From the NCBI GenBank assembly GCA_051530055.1, contig CM121341.1, positions 1,178,001-1,242,000 of the forward strand: DNA of 64,000 bases, written 5' to 3'. The position numbers were made by a program, and so were the translations under genes. Origin of the DNA: Neoechinorhynchus agilis (taxonomy: Eukaryota; Animalia; Acanthocephala). The notes under the pieces were generated by a model. It saw nothing but the letters and a program-made list of their open reading frames with translations. It was not told the origin of the DNA and searched no databases. The first letter of the stretch is position 1. Every line of letters starts with the position of its first letter. Shown here in pieces: positions 23,560 through 36,095 of this stretch.

Positions 23560-25350
23560 CTCTGTAATCCCGAAGGATTTTCTTTGAACGATACCAATAT
23601 TGGAAATGTAGTGACCATAATCTCTTCCGAATAAAACATATAAATTATTGAAATATTTCGTGAGGGAGCCTCATCTGTCATCTAAAAAGATTTTAGTTGT
23701 TTTGCACTGGATATTTCAGATCAAACACCTTGCGTGCGGGATTATAATTACCACATCTCCAACTCTATAATCCCGAATCATTTTCTTTGAACGATACCTA
23801 AATTGGAGATCTGATTATCACAATCTCTCCCAGACAAAATATATTTTATTGAAATATTTCGCGAGGAAGCCTCATAAGTCATCTAAATAAATTTTAGTCG
23901 TTTTGTATTGGATATTTCCGATCAAACCTCTTGCGAGCGGGATTATGATCACCACATCCCAATTTCAGTCACCACGAAGGATTTTCTTTGAACGATACCA
24001 AAATTGGAGATCTGATTATCACAATCTCTCTCGGATAAAACATATTTTATTGAAATATTTCGCGAGGAAGCCTCATAAGTCATCCAAATAAATTTTAGTC
24101 GTTTTGTAATGGATATTTGCGATCAAACCCCTTAAGTCCGGGATTATCATCACCACATCTCCAACTCTATAATCCCGAATCATTTTCTTTGAACGATACC
24201 TAAATTGGAGATCTGATTATCACAATCTCTCCCAGACAAAACATATTTTATTGAAATATTTCGCGAGGAAGCCTCATAAGTCATCTAAATAAATTTTAGT
24301 CGTTTTGTATTGGATATTTCCGATCAAACCTCTTGCGTGCGGGATTATGATCACCACATCCCAATTTCAGTCACCACGAAGGATTTTCTTTGAACGATAC
24401 CAAAATTGGAGATCTGATTATCACAATCTCTCTCGGATAAAACATATTTTATTGAAATATTTCGCGAGGAAGCCTCATAAGTCATCTAAATAAATTTTAG
24501 TCGTTTTGTAATGGATATTTGCGATCAAACCCCTTAAGTCCGGGATTATCATCACCACATCTCCAACTCTATAATCCCGAATCATTTTCTTTGAACGATA
24601 CCTAAATTGGAGATCTGATTATCACAATCTCTCCCAGACAAAACATATTTTATTGAAATATTTCGCGAGGAAGCCTCATAAGTCATCTAAATAAATTTTA
24701 GTCGTTTTGTATTGGATATTTCCGATCAAACCTCTTGCGTGCGGGATTATGATCACCACATCCCAATTTCAGTCACCACGAAGGATTTTCTTTGAACGAT
24801 ACCAAAATTGGAGATCTGATTATCACAATCTCTCTCGGATAAAACATATTTTATTGAAATATTTCGCGAGGAAGCCTCATAAGTCATCTAAATAAATTTT
24901 AGTCGTTTTGTAATGGATATTTGCGATCAAACCCCTTAAGTCCGGGATTATCATCACCACATCTCCAACTCTATAATCCCGAATCATTTTCTTTGAACGA
25001 TACCTAAATTGGAGATCTGATTATCACAATCTCTCCCAGACAAAACATATTTTATTGAAATATTTCGCGAGGAAGCCTCATAAGTCATCTAAATAAATTT
25101 TAGTCGTTTTGTATTGGATATTTCCGATCAAACCTCTTGCGTGCGGGATTATTATCACCATATCCCAATTTCAGTAACCACGAAGGATTTTCTTTGAACG
25201 ATACCGAAATTGGAGATCTGATTATATCAATCTCTCCCAGACAAAACATATTTTATTGAAATATTTCGCGAGGAAGCCTCATAAGTCATCTAAATAAATT
25301 TTAGTCGTTTTGTAATGGATATTTGCGATCAAACCCCTTAAGTCCGGGAT
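23560..25350. repeat. 201-bp tandem array with alternating A/B monomers (402-bp dimer), 9 core copies, each carrying a hammerhead-like core on the minus strand
   Basis: tcatc(t/c)aaa at 23678, 23879, 24080, 24281, 24482, 24683, 24884, 25085, 25286; near-identical ORFs recur every 402 bp. Confidence 0.97.
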
Positions 25351-25599
25351 TGTTGTGCGGATTAAACATCGAGACTCATTTTAATTGCTTAATATTTCGT
25401 CGACAAAATCCACCTCGTCAGACATCTACAAAATGGTTTATATACTGGTTACCTTAGACTCAGGAGCGCGGGTTAGCCGTGCCCGTGGAGTTAATGTCCG
25501 CTCGAACCCCCTGCGCAATGTTCGGCTTTCTTTCAGCTTTAAATCGTTGATTGGGAGCGCGAGACCTCCATTGTCCGGTTCGCTGCAATGTGTATGGCC

Positions 25600-25865
25600 T
25601 CATACACGAGTCTCCGCCTCCAGTTCGCTTCGGGCGGTTAAGGGGATATCCTAAGTGGGCTATTGATATGGCCAGAAAAATTATCAGGCGACAACCCGAT
25701 CAACGCAATAACGGTCAGCCAACGAATCTTCCACTTACAAAATATATCGCACATTCTTTCATCAGTGAAGAGGCCACTAACAAACTACGGACCTTACAAA
25801 GAATACAGAATTTGAGGATTATTGCCAAAAAAGGGACGACATTGGCTGGTTTTTGCAAAAAGAAG
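25600..25865 (+). mobile_element. Penelope-like RT thumb/linker fragment
   Basis: LRGYPKWAI..HSFISEEATNKL..RIIAKKGTTL parallels IRRYPKWII..HFVDDDTNQMI in the PLE at 228-1452. Confidence 0.6.
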
Positions 25866-28300
25866 ACCGCGACAACACCTACATGCGGAGTCTGCGGTTC
25901 CTGCCCAGGAACGTCCTGAAACGGATCCCTAAAGGCGCGCGATATCTGGTCGCCAAAGCATTTACGGGATTGCTCAACGATTGCCTTCAAACGAACTGTG
26001 CGCCATCATGGACACGGCTCTTCGCTTTCCCGCGCTTAGTCCTTTGCACCCGTGATGATTCTGGGGTGTCGTTGACATCAACAATCAAAGAAAGGGTGAC
26101 CTCCTTCGAACAAATATTTAACAATTTCGAAATGAAATTTCGAGAGGGTTCGTAAGGGACGCACGAAGGAAGGGGTTCGTTGCCGTTTTTCAAAGCGATC
26201 CCTGACTGAACGTGTCTCTTCGAAGCTTGCGGACGGAGATGTTCGGGGGGCTGTTCGGTTATTGTCATCCTATGACAGTTTTGCACAAGGAGACAACGTG
26301 GCACTACAAATACTCCGGTCAAAACACCCATGCAGTAGTGACAGTTTTGAAATTCCACCTCCTCCCATACAAAACAGGACACCCACTCAAATTTCAGAGA
26401 TAAAAAAGGCCATCTCAACTTTTGCAAATGGTTCGGGTCACGGGCTTGACGGACTAAGGCCTCAGCACCTAAAGGACATGATGTCCTTTTCAACTGGTGA
26501 AGCAGCTCTCTCTAGAAAGTGCGCTTTCTCGAATAGTCGACCGCCTGACTGGAGAGGACCTGAACCCAGTTGCAAAGGACCTATTTTTCGGAGCCTCATT
26601 GTGTGCGCTCACAAAAAAAGAAGGTGGGATCCGTCCCATCGCCGTATCTTCGACGATACGCCGACTCGCAGGAGAAAACCGGACAGCAACTTCGTCCAGT
26701 CCAACTGGGCTGCTGCACATCATGCGGGGCGGAAGCTATTGTCCACTCGCTCCGAAACTTTGCTACGAGAAGCTCAGAGCCGTGTGTGAATCTTAAGTGT
26801 GATTTTCAAATGCCTTTAACTCTCTTAATAGAGAAAGCATGTTCTGCGCTATTAGGGATTACTCACCAGAAGCCTTCCAGTCATTTCTCAATGCCTACGG
26901 GACCGCGACTTCTTTGCTTTTCGAAGACCACCTCATTTGGTCCGAAAGAGGAGTGCAGCGAGGAGATCCTCTCGGTCCAATCGCATTCTCCCTAACAGTA
27001 AATCCAATAGCGCATTCTCTCCATTCCAGCTTCAACTCTTGGTACTTGGGTGACGCTACGATCGGAGGTGATCCCTCCGTTGCACTGAGCGATTTGGAGA
27101 CGCTGATTAGGGAGAACTCGAGAATGGGCATTGAGCTCAATGCTGGAAAGTGTGAACTCCTAGAATTAAATATCGAAGACGCCGCTAAAGTCCAGGACCT
27201 AATGGATGGGTTCGAGGCCGTAGCTCCAGGTCTAAAACTCGTGACTCCAGAGCAACTCAGCCTTTTCAATAGTTGCGTCTTTGATTCAAATGTTGAAGCT
27301 GAGAGCGCTCTCTCGCTCACGAAGCCTTATTTCTGATAAAAAAAGCACTCTTTAACCCCAAATTTGGTCTGCACAGCAACATTCTTCAAAAATAAGGAAG
27401 GATTGGCTAAGCTCGACGGCAAGGTGAGGGCTTGTCTCGAGCGTATTTTAAATGTCCAGCTCTCAGGTGAGGCGTGGCGACAAGCTTCATTGCCTGTGTC
27501 ATCTGTGGGATTGGGCATTCGGGCGCTAGTAGACCTTGCCTTGCCAGCCTTTCTTGGATCGTATGAGGGGAGTCAACCGATAGCGAAGAAAATTCTGAGG
27601 GAAAAGTTTTGTCTTGACCAAGACATATGGTCTCAGTTGAAGAATGGTGCCAGCAGACAAGCGCTAACCATGTACCCGTGAATGGCCTCAGACAGTCGAT
27701 CGATCTGGAACAGACCTCTCGTCGCGAGAGCTCACAGCTCTCTACTTTCAGCTTCTCGCGATGGGGTCGTCCGAGATAGATTGTTGGCAGTTTCGACACG
27801 AGAATCGAGGGAGTGGTTAAAGGCTGTTCCTCTGGCACCTGTGGCAACTCTTCTCACTGATGAGGTAACGAGGATCGCAGTGTTCTTAAGACTTGGTCTC
27901 CCGATACACACGCCCCATCGCTGTCGATGTGGATCTTTGGTTGATGCTTTCAGGCTACATGGTCTCGTTTGTTGAAAGTCAGGTGGAAGGTTCTCACGCC
28001 ATTCTGAGATCAATAGCGTAATTTCTCGGGCGTAGAGAACGACGAACTTCGCTCGGCCTCTCGACCGAGTGCGTAACCCGCCCATCTTTGTCGACTGGCG
28101 CTTGACAGCTCGGCACTCACTGCTCCAGGATCTCTCGGAGAAACGACCGGCGACGCACAAGAAGGTGTATTCCTGCGATAAAATATCTCGCTCGCAGTAC
28201 AACGAGACAATGCTGTTAGCGTGATAGCGACAGCCGAGGAAGGAGAGAAGCTCCAATTTTGCGGAGGGTGGTGATTGCACGTTTTGTGCTTTATTTTGTA
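25866..28300 (+). mobile_element. CRE-clade non-LTR retrotransposon (RT + REL), frameshifted, with internal deletion in REL
   Basis: VLKRIPKGAR, GLDGLRPQHLKD, KKEGGIRP, ERGVQRGDPLGP, WYLGDA, QASLPV..GLGIR, LRLGLP..HRCRCG..HGLVC; ~215 bp missing relative to the 58.9-59.6 kb copy. Confidence 0.9.
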
Positions 28301-28440
28301 AAACTCATTGAGAAAAAATAAATTAGTTCGAATAAAAAAACTAACAAATAAACGTGTTCTTACTATAACCCGCCAAGACGAATAACTAACAAATCATTGA
28401 TTTTAATTTCTTTTATTTTCAATGTCATATTGAACGGATT

Positions 28441-31046
28441 CTAAGATGATTGAGTGTCGGACGATGTATTTCCGGTAGATGAAGGTGGCTGATCTGACCC
28501 ATCTTTTTTCTTTTGTTCATTTTGCATCTTGATATAAGCCATTTCGAAAAGCTTAAGAGAATCTTTTTGTAGCTTATCAGCTGCTTGTTTAAGCTCTTTA
28601 GGATCTAAATTGGTTTGTTGCATTTTGGTTCTCAATTCCGCTACTTCTTGCTTCATTTTTTCATATTCATCAGAAGGGAGTTGATCTTTGAACTCTTCCA
28701 TCTTACTCTCACAATCATGAATGATACCCTCAACGCGGTTACGTTCTTCAATAGTCTCCCGTCTCTGTTTATCCTCACTTGCAAATTTCTCACTCTCCCT
28801 TACCATATTCTCAATGTCGTCCTTTGATAGACCCCCGGAGCTTTGAATTATAATCTGCTGTTCTCGGCCGGTTCCACGATCTCGGGCACTCACATTCACT
28901 ATTCCATTAGCATCAATATCGAACGTAACTTCGATTTGGGGAACGCCACGAGGGGCAGGGGGGATTCCAACAAGCATAAATTGCCCTAAAAGTTTATTGT
29001 ACGCCGCCATTTCACGCTCTCCTTGATAGACTTTAATTTCAACCTGAGTTTGCCCATCAGCCGCAGTTGAGAATACTTGAGATTTTTTTGTTGGGATTGT
29101 TGTGTTTCTTGTAATTAGTTTCGTAAATACTCCGCCCAAAGTCTCAATTCCAAGACTCAAAGGAGTCACGTCCAATAGCAAAACGTCAGTAACATCACCG
29201 GCCAACACAGCGCCTTGAACGGCAGCACCGATCGCAACCGCTTCATCCGGATTGACCGATTTACTCGGCTGTTTTCCACCGAAGACTTCCTGGACTACTT
29301 GTTGAACCTTTGGCATTCGAGTCATTCCTCCGACCAAAATAACTTCATTAATATCTTCTACTTTTACCTGAGCGTCTTTTATGGCCTTCTTGCACGGTTC
29401 AATCGTTCTTTTTATCAAGTCACTGACCAGATTCTCAAACTGAGCACGAGTTACCCGGACGTTCATGTGCTTAGGACCGGAAGCATCCACTGTAATGTAT
29501 GGAAGATTTACTTCAGTCTGAGTAGCACTAGATAACTCGCATTTCGCCTTTTCAGCAGCTTCACGCAATCTTTGCATTGCTTGAACATCCTTAGTCAAAT
29601 CAACACCGGAGTCCTTTTTGAATTCCGTCAATAAATAGTTCATTAAAACATTGTCAAAATCTTCGCCCCCGAGAAAAGTATCACCGTTTGTTGATCGAAC
29701 TTCAAATACGTTATTCTGAATTTCAAGAATACTGATGTCGAAAGTACCTCCACCTAAATCGTAAATGGCAACTATTTTATCCGATGAACTAGTTGATCCT
29801 TTCTCCAGACCGTAAGCCAAAGCAGCCGCGGTTGGCTCATTTATCACTCGCATAACGTTTAAACCGGCTATTTGACCAGCATCTTTTGTCGCTTGTCTTT
29901 GACTGTCATTGAAATAAGCAGGAACCGTTACGACGGCGTTCGACACTTTAATTTGCGATTTGACGACTTTTTGTCTTAAGAATCCAAGAAAAAACAACCA
30001 AAATCTATTAGCAACAATTAGGAAAAACAATGTATAGTTCCAATTTTTTATCAATACAAAATCGTTTGAAGATTGAACTATTTATGCTTGTTTACGGCGG
30101 AAAAAGTCCGATATTTCGCCACAATCGTGTAGCAACCTTGATAAAGGTATGAAATTGTGCCTCCGAAATATCGGATCTAACCAAAATTCCTTTAATTTTT
30201 ATGCACTTGGAATCACGTCAAAGATCACAATTCTATATACAAAATCAATATAAACTTCCAATAAATCGGCATTAAATATCGCACATAGCCTACATTTTAT
30301 CGGATATTAAGAAATCGAAAATGAAAAAATCATCCAACAAAATGAGAAAGCATTACGTTGATTTCTTTAAAAAATTCGCTTTGTAATTTAAAATAGAACG
30401 CAAAGCAGAAATACCGGGGATGAGTAGAAAACTACGAGGCTATTTTCGATATTAAAAGCGAAAATCAACGGGATAATTTGTTTCTCGGCAAATAATTTGA
30501 AATAGTTTATACGAAAAAGTTTGGCAAATTCGAAAATTGTTTAAAATCGCCAATGCGCATTTTATTGCCGAAATACGCCTCTGCGGTTTCCTTCATCTTT
30601 CCTAAGACGAATCCACCAACCTGACTGGGTGAATACAGTTTCCCGTTGGCACTTTCAACCCAAGCATCGCCATTGGACGACCTTACAATCTTGAAACTCA
30701 CGTTCTTCATCTCTTTTTGTACTTCGCTATCATCAAATCGGCGTCCAATAAGTCGTTTAGTGGCATAAAACGTATTTTGTGGATTAGTAACGGCCTGACG
30801 CCTCGCCAACATTCCAACTAATCGTTCTCCACCGTCCTTCGAAAATGAAACAACCGATGGAGTCGTTCGCATTCCTTCGCTATTCTCAATAACTTTGGCT
30901 TGCTTACCTTCCATCACTGCAACACACGAATTCGTCGTTCCCAAATCAATTCCGATCACATTGGAAGAAGCAGCAGTACTCTTTAGACGACTGTTAAAGG
31001 AGCGAAGATTCCTGATCAAAGCCTGGGATCGAAGTGTTGACATCAT
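28441..31046 (-). CDS. HSPA9: Mitochondrial HSP70 (mortalin), split by a ~614-bp insert at 29947-30560 with unclear splice sites
   Basis: Basic/hydroxylated presequence, [64 protein letters not shown]; no EEVD tail. Confidence 0.93.
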
Positions 31047-31469
31047 TTTCTACAAACAATGAATTTAATGTCTGAGATCGCGATGCGGAAGAGGAAAGAG
31101 AAAAGCCACGAGAAATGTAAAGTTCTTTCGTTCGAACTGTACGTTCGACGGCGCTGACGTTTAAAAGAAGATTTTCTGCTCGTTTTTGTGGCGTAAAATT
31201 ATTCCAATATTTCGGTGGCACAATATCGCACTTTATCAAGCTTCTTTGTACGTTTTCTATTATTTAAGCTTTACAAGCATGAACATTTCAATCTTCAAAG
31301 TTTTTGGTTTTAGAAGACGATAGTTTGTCTTGGCGAAAAGGCTTTCAGATGAAATATGAAAATTTAAAAAGGACTGTAATTCCTTTGCGCCGGAAGAAAC
31401 CATTTCGCGTGAATTTTTAATGACGTCATCGAAATGTATTACTTTTAGCCGTGTGTGCGATTCTTTTCC

Positions 31470-32062
31470 AAATGACAACCAACAACCGAATCAACCAAAG
31501 CACTAAGGCTGCGACGCGCAAGTTCTTCGCCTGGAGCTTGTGTTAAATCATCAAAGGCTACCGAGGCATGGACGGTTTCGGCTAAAGAAATTATTCTACA
31601 CAAGCGACCTAAGAATAGCAACGCTAAATGTGGGATCGATGACGGGAAGGAGTCGAGAAATAGTTGATGAGAAGGATCGGCATAGTGGGAGTGCAGGAGA
31701 CCAGTTGGAAAGGAGCGAAAGCCCATGAACTAGGCGATGGTTATAAAATAATCTATAGTGGCGAGCCGAGTGGCAGGAATGGGTGGGAGTCATCATGGAA
31801 AAAGGACTAGTCGATTGCGTTTTGGAAGTGATCAGAACAAATGGTGGGATCATATCGGTGCGATTCGATTTAGGAGGAGAGGATGCCACCATAATATCGG
31901 TCTATGTCCTGCGAATCGCATGTACAGAGGAAGAGAAACAACAATTTTGGCAAAGCTTATCGGATACTGTTGCGAACTCGAAGAGCACTCGTTATGCGAT
32001 TACAGGAGAGTTTAATGGACATGTGGGAAACAGAGACGGTTACCAGCGAATGCATGGTGGGC
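31470..32062 (+). mobile_element. RTE-clade LINE 5' fragment (APE endonuclease), same family and orientation as 54600-57350
   Basis: Near-identical to ~54697-55290; LNVGSM, GVGVIMEK, TGEFNGHVG; ends abruptly at catggtgggc. Confidence 0.85.
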
Positions 32063-35000
32063 TGAGTCTCGAAGGACGAACCTACCGTGAGTGGGTAGCT
32101 GACCTGTGGGGTGCAGCCAATGGTTGCCAGTTCTTCAAGGAGAAAATGGATAATGAACAGGAAGCGACCGAAGTATACATAAGAGATGCGATCATAATAA
32201 ATACGCCCCATGACGAGATCAGGAGAACGGCTTTCCACAAAAAGGACCTATCTCTCAAAGACCTGTTAGAAATAACGGATGCATACGAGAGTGCGAAGAA
32301 AGTAAAGATCAATCAGACCCAGAAGTGTTGAAGGTGAGTACTTGGAGTCACAAGGGGCGGCAGATGGAGAGGACGAACAGCGACGAACAAGGTAAGTCTG
32401 CGACAATGATCATCAAGACCTGTCTACACTGTGGCCGAAAGCGCAATGATGTTTCGAGGTGCCGAGCCAAGACAATGGTGTGCTACAAATGCAACAGAGT
32501 TGGTCATTTGTCACGTTGCTGTAAGACCTTTCGAGTGGTTCAACAGATAATTGTACGGGATTCGAGCGACGATGAAGCGATTATGCGATGCATTGGAGCC
32601 GTAAAGAGAAGAAAAAAGCGGAAATTCGCGCGAAAATCAACGGGATCCCGATCTCTATGGAATTCGATACAGGAGCTGCTGAGTCCATCATTACCCGAAA
32701 TATATGGATGATGCTGGGAAAGCCAAAATTAGGAGAAGCTCCTTCAATCAAAGCGTTTGGTGGCACGAAGATTGATACTCTTGGGTCATGCAATGTGCAG
32801 GTGACGCCAGCTAATCGAACGGAAACGCTCATGGTCATTGTGATCTCGGGCGTAGAAAGGCCAACCTGCGGGTTACCTTGGATGCTCAAATTCGATTTAA
32901 CGATTCCTGCAGCACGGACTGTTGATGTCCACAAAATTCGAGAAGACGGTACGAAACGGAGGATCTATCCGATGCGAAGAAAATCGAGGCTTTGATGAGG
33001 AACGAATTCGAGACGGTATTCGATGGAGAACCGGGGGCAGTAACAAATTTCGAAGTAAGCCTGTCGGCCATTAAGAACCAAGAAGGTACGATATGGAAGG
33101 CTAGAAGAGTACCTTACGCTCTCTATGAACCTCTTGAGAGAGAGTTGGAACGATTGGTCTCGAATGGTATTCTGATCCCAGTGGACGAGACAAAGGAGCA
33201 TCTCAAGTTGGCGACGCCCATCGTAGTCGTACGAAAACCGAACGGGAAAGTAAAGGTCTGCGGAGACTTTGGAGTCACGCTGAACAAATTTATGAAAGTA
33301 GATTCCTTACAAATACCAACATTCGAGAAGGTGACCCAGAAGTTAGCCAAATCTAAATTCTATAGCACAATCGACCTCCAAGACGCATATCTCCAACTAC
33401 CGATGGACAGTAGATCTAGTAAGATGCTCACGGTCGCAACCCCGATGGGGCACTTTAGATATACTCGATTGCCTCTGGGGATCTCCGCTGCGCCTGCAAT
33501 CTTCCAGAAATACATATATGGCTTATTGCAAGGTATCACAAATGCGGCTGCATATTTGGATGATATTTTGGTTGCAACCCAAACGGCAGACGAACATTTA
33601 AAATGCTTGAGGAGCATTTTCCATCGTTTGTGTCGCAGGATTGAAGGTACATGGAGATAAATGCGTCTTCATGAGCCGGAAGATCCGTTATTTGGAAAAT
33701 ATGATTTCTGAAGACCAGATTATTCCTTTCGACGAAAAAACCCGAGCACTAACACGCGCTTCGCCTCCAAAAAATCCAAAGGAACTAAAGGCGTGCCTGG
33801 GATTGGCCAATTTTCTCGCTCGATATTACCCGAACTTCCAACAATATTGCGCTCCTCTGCGCGAACTTACGAGAACTTGTGTCGAATGGAAATGGACCGC
33901 AATAGAAGAAGATGCGTTCAGATGTCCACAAAAACAAATACGAAAACCCAGGGGATTGACACCGTTCGATCGAACAAAAGAAATAGCTTTAACATATGAT
34001 GACAGTGAAGTTGGTCTCGGAGCAGTCTTGATGCATAAAACCGAAGCAGGCGAATTCCTTCCGATCTCATTCGCTTCGCGTGCACTCACTAAAGCTGAGA
34101 AAAATTGCTCCCAAATTGAGAAGGAAGCCCTGGCTCTTGCTTACGGTATCACAAAATTTCACGACTATCTGTATGGAATGACGTTCACACTGGCGCCGGG
34201 ATCGAGTGTTGTCGAAAGTAGTAAACTCAAGAATTATCCGGTGGGCACTTCAGTTATCATGTTATGAGTTCGAGATTGAATACATCCCCAGAAGTCAGAA
34301 TCACTACGCCGATATCTTGTCCAGGATGCCAATGCTAAGTGAAGACGATTTGATGAATTCCACAGAAGACGATACACTTCATTACATTAAGCGAGAAAGC
34401 GAAGAAGCTCTTCAACTCACGGATGGAGTTTTGAGGAACTTAACAAACACGGGCAGACAGTTGACGCGTATCAAACGATTTCTAACATGTGGATGGCCGA
34501 TAAAAATAGACAATGAGGATAAGCCTTTTTGGAGGCGACGTGACGAACTCTCCACTCAGAACGACATGGTCATGTGGCTTGATCCAATTGTGATCCCACA
34601 GAGACTGCGCATCACCGCTCTCCATCAGTTACACGAAGGTCATCCTGGCGTCGTTGCTATGAAAGCGTTGGCTCGTTTCTACTGCTGGTGGCCAAGACTC
34701 GATGAAGAAATCGAAAAATATGTTGGGAAGTGTCCCGATTGCCAAGCCAAGGGACCCGAGGAACGAGAAATGCCGCTTTTCTCGTGGGAACAGCCGAGGA
34801 ACCCTGGAAAAGAATTCATATGGATTTTGCGGGGCCAATCAATGGGTTCGTGTATCTCATCGTGGTTGCGCGTGCTCAAAGTGGCCGGAAGTTTGGATGA
34901 GACCAACGTTTAATTCAAAAATCACTATCCAATGCCTGAGAGAAGCGTTCGCACGATGGGGGTTACCGGAACGAATAGTTTCTGACAACGGGCCACAATT

Positions 35001-35830
35001 CGCGTCAATCGAATTCGCCGAGTTCTGCAGCAGAAACAACATTGTTCACTGTCGAACATCGTTTTACCATCCTCGGACGAATGGGATAGCAGAGCGGTTC
35101 GTAGCGACATTGAAAGGCAGAGCGGGTAAAAGGGAGGAGAGCTTCCAAAAGTTTTTGCTATCATACAGAAACTCCATTCACTCGTTGACCGGAAAAGCGC
35201 CTTCACAGATGCTGCAGGGCAGACGACTCTCAACTCTATTCGATAATCTAAAACCGAATCCAGTCAAAACGGAACGAAGGAAGCGGGTAGAAGAGAGAAG
35301 ACGTCACGATGCAAAAGCAAGGCAGTTTGAATATTTCCAATTGGGTGGTTAAGTTTGGTATCGAGACAGACGAAATGAACAGTGGGTTCCCGCAACCATT
35401 CTATTGAGGAATGGCCCTTTATCTTATCACGTGGACACAAGTTCGGGAATGAAGAAGGCTCACGCGGATCAGCTGAGACTACGAACGACCGAAGCACAAG
35501 ACGATTTGTCACGTCTAGATAACCAGTTGAGCGATTCAACCAAGAAAGACTCAGAACAATATGGATCGCTTAATGTCTCAATCAAAAACGAACCTAAAAC
35601 CGATGAGACTGAGAACAACCAGAAGGGCGAAGACGAGCGGCGAACGAAGAATTTCATAGCAACGAAACCACTAATGAACCCGCGATTCAAGATCCAGAAA
35701 CAGATGCGAAGGAAATGTACGAACCGAGACGAGGTACTAGACGACGAGCAGTGCCGACAAGACCGTACGACGATTTCCTCGGGGGGAAGGAGGCATTGAT
35801 CTCTCAAAAGGAGGGACGGGTGACGTGTCA
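32063..35830 (+). mobile_element. Ty3/Gypsy (Mag/K02A2.6-like) retrotransposon internal region, frameshifted, no recognisable LTRs
   Basis: Gag CCHC knuckle CYKCNRVGHLSRCC, protease FDTGA, RT YLDD, RNase H YDDSEVGLGAVL, integrase HEGHPG, SDNGPQF, NGIAERFV; purine tract near 35806-35820. Confidence 0.93.
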
Positions 35831-35888
35831 TTTTCGAGAATCTAAAATGTAACCAGCGTTTATGGAAAGGGAACATTGACAGAAAATC

Positions 35889-36095
35889 TCATTTGAAAAA
35901 AGAATGGACAAAGCTTGACTCTTTACTCCTCGAATCGGTGCTCGCTTTTTCTAAACTGTTTCGCCTGCCGATCTCAATGAAGGCAGAAGTAGTTCTCCTT
36001 TTGCGTTGAACGTGACTCCAATAACTAACGCCAATTGCTATTGAACATGTGAACGCCATAGAAGTGAACAGGACAACCCTGGACGCAGTTGACAT
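35889..36095 (-). CDS. PET117: PET117-like cytochrome c oxidase assembly factor, copy 1
   Basis: 68 aa, MSTASRVVLFTSMAFTCSIAIGVSYWSHVQRKR: N-terminal TM helix then a charged tail, as I recall for the PET117 family; not database-confirmed. Confidence 0.5.
   Translation of the reverse strand: MSTASRVVLFTSMAFTCSIAIGVSYWSHVQRKRRTTSAFIEIGRRNSLEKASTDSRSKESSFVHSFFK

Larger units (their letters stand above)
19555..23700. repeat. Outer left arm of inverted duplication (mirrors ~59855-64000)
   Basis: Reverse complement of 63961-64000 equals 19555-19594; mirrored ORFs have coordinate sums of ~83554-83555 throughout. Confidence 0.97.
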
